Shown: positions 1 to 6,581 of the stretch, one piece after another
Numbering within the stretch: position 1 is the stretch's first letter
Layout of the letters: each line of letters opens with the position of its first letter
Assembly (NCBI RefSeq): GCF_006345805.1
Contig: NW_021829219.1
Span: forward strand, 1-6,581
Origin: Octopus sinensis
Taxonomy: Eukaryota
Direction: 5' to 3'
DNA length: 6,581 bases
Position numbers and translations under genes: made by a program
Notes under the pieces: generated by a model
Database searches by the model: none
What the model was told of the DNA's origin: nothing
The model's input: only the letters and a program-made list of their open reading frames with translations

Positions 1-218
1 TTACAGACATGGACAAGAACATGAAACAACCACAGAGACGACACAAGAACCACAGGACGGGACATTCGAAGCCCTCAGTCATCAGTCAAGAAACAGATCA
101 TCTTAGCATTTCGGAAGATGATCTGGTTCTTGACTGATGACTGAGGGCTTCGAATGTCCCGTCCTGTGGTTCTTGTGTCGTCTCTGTGGTTGTTTCATGT
201 TCTTGTCCATGTCTGTAA
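1..218. repeat. Long near-perfect inverted repeat (fold-back): arms 1-104 and 115-218, 10-nt spacer; left arm probably runs off the window
   Basis: Position i pairs with 219-i at 103 of 104 positions; the only mismatch is A93/G126. Spacer is AGCATTTCGG (105-114). Confidence 0.97.
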
Positions 219-272
219 TTATTTTTACTGTTTAACCTACTATAATCGGCGGCTACGTATCCACAATTGTCC
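1..272. mobile_element. Probable transposon-derived unit forming the hairpin and abutting a (TA)n tract; class unresolved (Penelope-like element end or TA-targeting MITE)
   Basis: The right arm continues as unique sequence to ...CAATTGTCC (272) and stops sharply at (TA)13. No ORF or diagnostic motif, so the class is inference. Confidence 0.4.
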
Positions 273-298
273 TATATATATATATATATATATATATA
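273..298. repeat. (TA)13 microsatellite
   Basis: Perfect TA run read directly. Confidence 0.98.
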
Positions 299-361
299 GA
301 TATTATATATTTAAAAATTAAGGGTAGAAATTGATATTAGTCAATAAAACCAGTGGTCTAG

Positions 362-547
362 CACATTAAAAAGAATCCGAAGATTAAAATATTTATATAT
401 ACCAATTAAGGACTGAACACGAATGGACAGTCAACATCTAGATATAGACGTCTAGATCTAGCATTTGACTGTCCCCTGTTGTGTTCAGTCCTTAATTGTA
501 TATATATAATATATATATAGATATATTAATTTCGGGCTTTTTATGTT
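362..547. repeat. Decayed spacer-less palindrome centred on GAC|GTC (449/450)
   Basis: CAATTAAGGACTGAACAC (403-420) is the exact reverse complement of 481-498. GGACAGTCAA (425-434) pairs with 465-474. CTAGAT (438-443) pairs with 456-461. The centre TAGACGTCTA (445-454) is self-complementary. Weaker outer similarity: AAAAAGAATCCGAAGATTAA vs TTAATTTCGGGCTTTTT. Confidence 0.88.
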
Positions 548-642
548 TAGTTGTAATAAAAACAATTTACATTAATCTGAAAGGTGACTCCACAGAGTAC
601 AAATTTTTTTATTCTTTAACGAGAAGAATATTGACAGTGACA

Positions 643-773
643 TATGTGTGTGTGTCTGTGTGAGTGTGTATCTGTGTGTGTGTGTATGTGTGTGTGTAGA
701 TATATGTACATGTATGTATGAGTGTGCGTATATGTGTTTATGTGAATCTGTGCATGTGTATGTGTACACGTGT
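643..773. repeat. Degenerate (TG)n microsatellite, left part; resumes at 1162-1210 after the SINE insertion
   Basis: TG/TATG/TCTG-rich run; the same pattern continues to the right of the SINE. Confidence 0.9.
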
Positions 774-1161
774 GGATGAAAGCACTTCGTCGGTTGCGAC
801 GGCGAGGGTTCCGGTTGATCCGATCAACGGAACAGCTTGCTCGTGAAATTAACGTATAAGTGGCTGAGCACTCCACAGACACGTGTACCCTTAACGTAGT
901 TCTCGGGGATATTCAGCGCGACACAGAGAGTGACAAGGCCGGCCCTTTGAAATACAGGTACAACAGAAACAGGAAGTAAGAGTGAGAGAAAGTTGTGGTG
1001 AAAGAGTACAGCAGGGATCACCACCATCCCCTGCCGGAGCCTCGTGGAGCTTTTAGGTGTTTTCGCTCAATAAACACTCACAACGCCCGGTCTGGGAATC
1101 GAAACCGCGATCCTACGACCGCGAGTCCGCTGCCCTTACCACTGGGCCATTGCGCCTCCAC
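774..1161 (-). mobile_element. tRNA-derived SINE, family A copy 1 (head + CORE-like domain + long tail), full length with 10-bp TSD
   Basis: The minus strand starts GTGGAGGCGCAATGGCCCAGTGG. A box at 1139-1149; B-box-like GGTTTCGATTCCC at 1094-1106. CORE-like GTGTTTATTGAGCGAAAACACCTAA lies within 1053-1081. Flanked by GTACACGTGT at 764-773 and 1162-1171. About 90% identical by eye to 4294-4473. Resembles the octopus OR-type SINEs (from recall). Confidence 0.92.
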
Positions 1162-1662
1162 GTACACGTGTACGAGTGTGACTGTTAGTGTGACTGTGAG
1201 TGTGCATGTATAAATACAAATATAAAGGCTAAGCAGGAATAAGCGAGTTATTGAGCACGCAGTGGTGCCAAGCATATTTGTAAATATCATAAGTTAGTTG
1301 TAACAATTATAATAATGTAAATGGATTAAATTAAGTGTGGTATGTGCATGTGTGCATGTAAATCTGGCAAGGTGTCAGCTTCAGAATTCACTTCTGCTTT
1401 TGCCGTATGCCAATAATAAAGCAAGGAGCATTCACAATTTTTTGTCTTGGACATAAAAAGCAGGAAATAGAAAAATAAAATATATCGACATAAACTTAGA
1501 AATTGTCGCATAAAATGTTTACATAATTACCGTGACAACCTAGTATTGTTTTACTGAATAAACCATTTATGTATCTTTTCAATAAATCTGTTCGTGAGTT
1601 TAGCTATGACTGCATGTCGTGGAGTGTAGTGGAAGCTGTCATGATGGAGCAATCCCTTCGTT

Positions 1663-1680
1663 AGAGACAGACAGACAGAC

Positions 1681-1766
<86 letters not shown>

Positions 1767-1938
1767 TTAAATAGATAGATAGTTAAATAGATAGATAGTT
1801 AAATAGATAGATAGACAGATAGATAGATAGACAGATAGCAGACAGACAGACAGATAGCTAGATAGGCAGATAGACAGACAGACAGATAGCTAGATAGGCA
1901 GATAGACAGACAGACAGACAGCCAGACAGACAGACAGA

Positions 1939-1969
<31 letters not shown>

Positions 1970-2015
1970 GCAGACAGGCAGACAGACACACTGACAGACA
2001 GACAGACAGACAGAC

Positions 2016-2066
<51 letters not shown>

Positions 2067-2068
2067 CA

Positions 2069-2109
<41 letters not shown>

Positions 2110-2136
2110 ACAGACAGACAGACAGACAGACAGACT

Positions 2137-2178
<42 letters not shown>

Positions 2179-2224
2179 CAGAGGTAGATAGAGAGAGAGA
2201 GAGAGTGTGTGTGTGTGAGAGAGA
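1663..2224. repeat. Compound tetranucleotide microsatellite (GACA/GATA/GGCA), ending in (GA)n(GT)n
   Basis: Read directly; accounts for the three overlapping minus-strand [12 protein letters not shown] ORFs. Confidence 0.98.
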
Positions 2225-2866
2225 AATGTTTTCTTGTTTGCAGATGAATGCACAGCACCGAGACATCAAATTTTTACTTCTCCCTACGGCAATACAAATT
2301 TCTCCACCACAAGCACAAACATAATTATATACTTTACTTCTTTTTTTTTCCCCCCACCGAAGTACGCAGCCACCAGTTTCCTCATACCCCGGTTCGTTTA
2401 AACGTTTTTCTAGTAAACGTTCTTTCGGCTCCTTTATAGGCATAACCAGCGGTTTAACGATTTCAGTCGCTGTTCATATCAATCACGTTACAAGTATCTC
2501 GCTTGAAGCTATCAACTCAAACATATATACAACGGGGGAACATGTGTATTTCATCAGAAAGAAGCAAGTCCGTACGTGGAAGGTATAAAAGAAACATGGA
2601 TCACCAGGTAGTGTTTATACGTAGCTTCAGAAGCCGGAGGGAAACTTTAGAGAATGAGATTTTAATGCTTCACCATCAGTGAACAGCAACACCTACAGTC
2701 ACATTAACAGACACCAATGCTTTTAAACATGAAGCATTCGCTATATATCATTACGTCTCGTAATAGTTTCTCCATGAAGTGATGAGCGTTGCTGAATAAA
2801 TGGAAAAATTTATGGAGTAATGACAGCAGAACTGTTATCTTTCCCAGTTATAACTATTTTTCTTAT

Positions 2867-2918
2867 GATCAATTCCGGGACCGGTAGCCTATTGTGTCCT
2901 TCAGTAATGTACTTCATT
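2867..2918 (+). mobile_element. Degenerate CORE-type SINE fragment (B-box remnant plus CORE-like segment)
   Basis: TCAATTCCGGGACCGG resembles TCGATTCCCAGACCGG of family A. It is followed by TGTGTCCTTCAGTAATGTACTTCA, which resembles the CORE motif GTGTCCTTGAGCAAG.CACTT (consensus from recall). Confidence 0.45.
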
Positions 2919-2940
2919 TGAAGTACATTACTCAAGGACA
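2895..2940. repeat. 46-bp palindrome: 22-bp arms, one mismatch, 2-nt spacer
   Basis: TGTCCTTCAGTAATGTACTTCA-TT-TGAAGTACATTACTCAAGGACA; mismatch C2902/C2933. Confidence 0.95.
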
Positions 2941-3006
2941 TTAAATACCAGCCTTGTGCTTGTGCATCCTCTTCTCCCTCTAGTTATCCTCGCTCTTCCA
3001 CTAGAT

Positions 3007-3256
3007 CAGTGTTTCCCTACTATTTCTTTTACATGTGGACTCCTTTAATTCCTCTTTTATTCGAATGGACCCTCCTAGCTATCTGATGTTTTAAAAAATC
3101 CAATTATATTTTCATGATGAAATATTTCGGGAAAGTGTATAAAAATTATTAAAATATTTTGTGTATTGTAGAAGTATAACCATTGCAGATAAATTTTAAC
3201 AACAAAATCTTAAATGGACCCCCAAGTGTCATATGGACTCCAGTTGAGAACCATTA
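3007..3256. mobile_element. Decayed non-autonomous hAT (Charlie-like) MITE, ~250 bp
   Basis: Left end CAGTGTTTCCCTAC and right end GTTGAGAACCATTA are both degenerate versions of the Charlie-type TIR CAGTGGTTCTCAAC. The flanking 8-mers CACTAGAT and TACTGAAT match at 5 of 8 positions. Subterminal TGGACYCY motifs occur at 3036, 3066, 3215 and 3234. Confidence 0.62.
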
Positions 3257-3522
3257 TACTGAATCAATGGTTGAGAGTGCCGAAAGAGTATCTTTTTCAG
3301 TTACATAGTTACCTAAAACAATTTGTAAAAGTATATTACGTGCTGCCAGGTCATATTCGGTTGTAATTAACGGCAATCGTGTTTTGGTTAATATGATTGA
3401 GAATATTATAAACATCACACTACACCATACTTACTCCCCACTTTCAATTAAAAAACATTGGACTTTCGAGTATTTTAGAAATAGTTTCTCAAAACAACAA
3501 GAAAGCTGACTGGCCTGCAAGC

Positions 3523-3688
3523 AATTGCAATCAACTTTCCTTCAAATCACATTGTAATGTCTTGGAAAAATGAGAGAATACATTAGATATCATATAGTTT
3601 TCTATAAAAGACGGAGTGGTCACGTCCAGAATGGATTTGATCATAGGCCCGCTTGATCAAGGAAGGCCTTAGACTAACAACAACACAA
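3523..3688 (+). mobile_element. Possible decayed 3' tail of a retroposon ending in short (AAC)n
   Basis: Ends CTAACAACAACACAA. The preceding GGAGTGGTCACGTCCAGAATGGATTTGATCATAGG resembles an abundant octopus repeat tail as I recall it. There is no second copy in the window to confirm this. Confidence 0.3.
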
Positions 3689-4040
3689 TAGCAACATAAA
3701 TAGTTTCCTTGTGTACATGTATTGAACGCTATAGAGAAAGAGTTGGACATCTGTACCGTTGATTTTCTGATCCTGTTTCAGTTTCCAGCGGAGGCCAATT
3801 AATTTCTTTGTACACGTTTAAAATACATTGCATAAACATTAACGTCTCATAATAGCTATTTTACCTCCGTAATGAATTTGTTTTCTTGTGTCATTGCTAG
3901 GAAACAATGGTTTCTACATTAAAACAACATTACTGTTGTGTTACTTCGAAATGTCTAAAGAAGAAAAAAACATTTCCTGCAACCATAGAGGTTTTGGGAT
4001 CCTAATTGAAGGTCCCGCCTTTCAAAAGAAACTCAAGTGA

Positions 4041-4708
4041 TTCCTATTAGGTCTTCATATGTGTTCCATAATGTAGCTCTCTTATAACGTGTCGCAATAT
4101 CTTTTCCTAAAGTGTGTCATTTTTTCTTCCTATCATGGTTCTTCCTATAGTGTATCATGATATCTTTCCCCACCGTCTGCATTGATGTTTTCTTTATCAC
4201 GTGATCACGTGACCGAACAGACCCATCAGATGTTGCTACACACATCGCTGGTCACAATGCGCTTCGCATTGTTTTAGCCTTCAATGACGTGAAAAGAGTG
4301 AAAGAAAGTTGTGGCGAAAGAGTACAGCAGGGATCACCACCACCCCCTGCCGGAGCCGCGTGAAGCTTTAGGTGTTTCCGTTCAATAAACACCTATTCCC
4401 GGTCTGGGAATCGAAACAGCGATCCTACAACCCCGAGTCCGCTGCCCTAACCACTGGGCCATTGCGCCTCCACGTTTTCTTTATAGGGTATTATAATGTT
4501 TCTTTCTTTAGTACGACATAGTGTCTTCCTATAGTTTCATAATACCTATTCGTGTAGTATTTCATAATGTGCCTGCCTATAACGTTTCTCATAGAATTAC
4601 ATAATCTCTCTCACCCTACGGTATATCATGTGTTTTCCTGTAGATTGTTATACTGTCTTTTATTATTGTATCATAAAATATCTTCCTCCAGTGTCATAAT
4701 GTCTTTAG
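4041..4708. repeat. Cryptic, highly degenerate ~21-25 bp minisatellite (consensus about TCTTCCTATAGTGTATCATAATG), interrupted by SINE A copy 2
   Basis: Example units: 4100-4120 TCTTTTCCTAAAGTGTGTCAT, 4140-4162 TCTTCCTATAGTGTATCATGATA, 4524-4544 TCTTCCTATAGTTTCATAATA, 4681-4701 TCTTCCTCCAGTGTCATAATG. Confidence 0.72.
4198..4473 (-). mobile_element. tRNA-derived SINE, family A copy 2 (same head and body, different short tail) with 11-bp TSD
   Basis: A box at 4451-4461, B-box-like motif at 4406-4417. 4294-4473 aligns with 978-1161. Flanked by GTTTTCTTTAT at 4187-4197 and 4474-4484. The 3' end is an (ATCACGTG)2 repeat. Confidence 0.92.
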
Positions 4709-4756
4709 TTCACTGGCTACAACTGTAAATTACATGCATGACAAATGCAGTAAAAT

Positions 4757-4818
4757 GACTCGACTGCGAATCGAACTTGCTCTACAAACCTCGACTTGTG
4801 AGGAGTCTACTACCGTTT
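4757..4818 (-). mobile_element. Possible decayed tRNA-derived head (SINE relic or tRNA pseudogene)
   Basis: Minus strand reads AACGGTAG (3' half of an A box) ... GTTCGATTCG (B box, 4767-4776). No complete cloverleaf. Confidence 0.3.
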
Positions 4819-5388
4819 TTTAAATTTATTTTGCAGCATTCTGGTTGAAATACAAGCAAACAAATCCATCAGTTACTAGCTGTTTATTAACTCTATTATC
4901 ATATCAGGCTAACATAATTAATTGCTAGGTACTGTCCAACGTAGTTAATTGATTCTAAGACTACAAACACAAAACTAGCAACATCCAATAGCAACCCACT
5001 CCTACTTCACAAAAGAAAATACTAATGAGATCATTTCAATGGTCTGAAGGTCAGTTTTGTCGAAGAGAGAGGCTTAAAATCGATTGCGTGCACGAGCACC
5101 CATTAACCTTGTGCGGACGAAAGCAAAAAGAGATTGCTGAGTGGATGTGATATTACATTTCAGATTAACGGTCTCTAGTTCAAATGGAATGCAAGTGTTT
5201 CGTTGCAGAAATACAGTATACACAACTCTGTAGTTTATTTAATTCTATTCACCTCAAATGCTCGACAGTAACAGGTCCCAGATTTTCTGAGATGTATAAG
5301 TATTCTTTCCTGGTGTCGTAGGATTTTGTTTATTTTACATGTAAACAGTGACACGACATTGATGCCATTATAAAAACTAACCCCAAAA

Positions 5389-5606
5389 GGCGGCGAGATG
5401 GCAGAATCGTTAGCACGCCGAGCAAAATGTTTAGTGGTATGTCATTTGTCTTTACATTTTGAGTTCAATTTCCGCCGAGGTCAACTTTGCTTTTCATCCT
5501 TTCGAGGGTCGATAAAATAGGTACCAGTTGACTATTGGGGTCGATGTAATCGACTAAACTGCTCACTCGAAAATGCTGGCCTTGTACCAAAATTTGAAAT
5601 CAATAT
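5389..5606 (+). mobile_element. tRNA-derived SINE, family B, plus-strand copy (B1)
   Basis: Starts GGCGGCGAGATGGCAGAATCGTTAGC (A-box-like, 5399-5409); B box GAGTTCAATTTCC at 5461-5473. The body GCTTTTCATCCTTTCGAGGGTCGATAAAATAGGTACCAG resembles the Meta/MESC-type conserved SINE domain (from recall). Homologous to the three minus-strand units downstream. No clear TSD. Confidence 0.9.
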
Positions 5607-5627
5607 TTTCAACTGGACGATAAGAAT

Positions 5628-5791
5628 CCTTTCTACAGTAGGCACAAGGCCTGAAATTTTGGGGAGAGGGTTAGTCGATTACATCCACCCCAATGTGTAA
5701 CTGGTACTTAATTTATCGACCCCGAAAGGATGAAAAGCATAGTCGACCTCGACAGAATTTGAACTCAGAACGTAGCGGCAGACGAAATACC
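5628..5791 (-). mobile_element. Family B outer unit, body and tail (tail type ...GGCCTTGTGCCTACTGTAGAAAGG)
   Basis: Homologous to B1 from GGTATTTC onward; ends abruptly at GAAATACC (5791) on the plus strand. Confidence 0.88.
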
Positions 5792-6009
5792 TATTTCTTT
5801 ACTACCCATACGGGGCTAAACACAGAGAGGACAAACAAGGACAGACAAACGGATTAAGTCGATTATATCGACCCCCAGTGCGTAACTGGAACTTATTTAA
5901 TCGACCCCGAAAGGATGAAAGGCAAAGTCGACCTCGGCGGAATTTGAACTCAGAACATAACGGCAGACGAAATACCGCAAAGTATTCCGCCCGGCGTGCT
6001 AACGATTCT
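5792..6009 (-). mobile_element. Family B inner unit I1 (tail type ...GGGTAGTAAAGAAATA), lacking the first ~13 nt of the head
   Basis: Minus strand begins AGAATCGTTAGCACGCCGGGCGG and ends GTAAAGAAATA. Confidence 0.9.
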
Positions 6010-6232
6010 TATTTCTTTACTGCCCACAAGGGGTTACACACAAAGGGGACAAACAAGGACAGACAAACGAATTAAGTCGATTATATCGACCCCAGTGCGT
6101 AACTGGTACTTATTTAATCGACCCCGAAAGGATGAAAGACACAGTCGACTTCGGCGGTATTTGAACTCATAACGAATAAAATACCACTAAGCATTTTGTC
6201 CGGCTTGCTAACGATTCTGCCAAGCTCGCCGC
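6010..6232 (-). mobile_element. Family B inner unit I2 (same tail type as I1) plus a complete head; the head (6179-6232) may belong to the outer unit
   Basis: The tail differs from I1 at 8 of 81 positions. An irregular junction (AACGAATAAAATACC) lies at 6171-6185. Head reads GCGGCGAGCTTGGCAGAATCGTTAGC on the minus strand. Confidence 0.88.
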
Positions 6233-6581
6233 TTTCAACTGGACGATAAGAATAATGTAAGAAGACAAAAGTAAGAAAATATTGACTGCATTTGGAATAT
6301 TTCACTTAAAATCTTACTGGAAAGCAATGATAAATTATCACCGTCGGACTACACAAATATACCTAGCAAAGGATAATTGAAAACTAATGCAAAACACGAA
6401 CGTAAAAGGAAGAAAAAAAAAACGTTTTCTATTTTCAAGGAAAACAACTGACAGACAATTGAAAGGAAAATAGAAAGACAACAGAAATTGGGAAAAAGGT
6501 AAAAACTACAAAACAAAACAATGTTAAACATTGAACATCATTCTAAAGCAATGACATGAAAAGTACCGACAATAGCCAATA

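Larger units (their letters stand above)
5628..6232 (-). mobile_element. Composite family-B SINE stack (three bodies, one complete head) bounded by a 21-bp direct repeat
   Basis: TTTCAACTGGACGATAAGAAT occurs at 5607-5627 and 6233-6253; a few terminal bases may belong to the element ends. The body motif ATCGACCCCGAAAGGATGAAA occurs three times. Confidence 0.93.

Noticed and set aside
79-155. Hammerhead-ribozyme-like CTGATGA (134-140, mirrored at 79-85) followed by CGAAT
   Set aside because: It would fit a Penelope-like origin, but GAAA is replaced by GAAT, stem II does not close (C opposite C), and I find no stem I partner. An Infernal search of the family consensus would settle it.
1084-1161. 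tRNA genes at the SINE heads (also 4400-4473, 5389-5480)
   Set aside because: A and B boxes are present, but there is no proper acceptor stem or cloverleaf, and each continues into a SINE body.
572-1290. Five short ORFs (572-769, 616-882, 824-1027, 995-1213, 1078-1290)
   Set aside because: They overlap the TG microsatellite and SINE A copy 1; there is no coding signature.
1360-1410. Plus-strand peptide KSGKVSASEFTSAFA resembling the back half of an EF-hand loop, followed by GTATGC
   Set aside because: The leading Asp ligands are absent, there is no good splice acceptor upstream, and the upstream codons come from TG-rich low-complexity sequence. RNA-seq or tblastn could rescue it.
1569-1664. 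31-codon ORF (MYLFNKSVREFSYDCMSWSVVEAVMMEQSLR) / possible 56-nt exon in a locally GC-richer patch
   Set aside because: Short, weak splice sites, and no recognisable homology.
1799-2443. 214-, 131- and 122-aa minus-strand ORFs
   Set aside because: They are translations of the stop-free CTAT/CTGT/CTGC microsatellite; the non-repeat N-terminus has no recognisable motif.
2228-2615. Acceptor-like sites (TTCTTGTTTGCAG at 2243; pyrimidine tract before 2362), an ~88-codon ATG-less open frame (2325-2590) and a TATAAAAG motif (2584-2591)
   Set aside because: An open frame of this length is expected about once or twice by chance in a window of this size and composition. No recognisable protein or consistent exon chain; a lone TATA-like 8-mer is uninformative in AT-rich DNA.
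3427-3514. Minus-strand perfect donor GTAAGT with a possible 80-nt open exon (ASQLSCCFEKLFLKYSKVQCFLIESG)
   Set aside because: No homology recognised and no partner exons; such signals are common by chance.
5700-6150. CRISPR-like recurrence of ATCGACCCCGAAAGGATGAAA
   Set aside because: The intervening sequences are homologous SINE bodies rather than unique spacers; the context is eukaryotic with no cas genes.
5878-6305. 65- and 63-aa ORFs
   Set aside because: They lie within, or start within, the family B SINE stack.
6349-6581. 60-aa hydrophobic minus-strand ORF in an A-rich tract
   Set aside because: The Phe/Leu richness follows from T-rich composition on that strand; no other support.

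Overview
AT-rich, repeat-dominated eukaryotic DNA with no supportable protein-coding gene. The tRNA-headed SINEs and dense TG/GATA microsatellites look like octopus (coleoid cephalopod) sequence; this is recognised from memory, not from a search. The window has two SINE families. Family A has two minus-strand copies (774-1161, 4198-4473), each with a perfect target-site duplication (TSD); they share a head and CORE-like body but have unrelated tails. Family B has one plus-strand copy (5389-5606) and a three-unit minus-strand stack (5628-6232) enclosed by one 21-bp direct repeat. Also present: three fold-back palindromes (1-218, about 362-547, 2895-2940), a decayed hAT-type MITE (3007-3256), a 560-bp compound GATA/GACA/GGCA microsatellite, and a cryptic ~23-bp minisatellite interrupted by a SINE. 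The ORF-track entries are explained by microsatellites, SINEs or chance. The most interesting signals are the apparent insertion of family B into its own Pol III head, tail swapping in both families, and the TA-anchored hairpin modules at the left edge.
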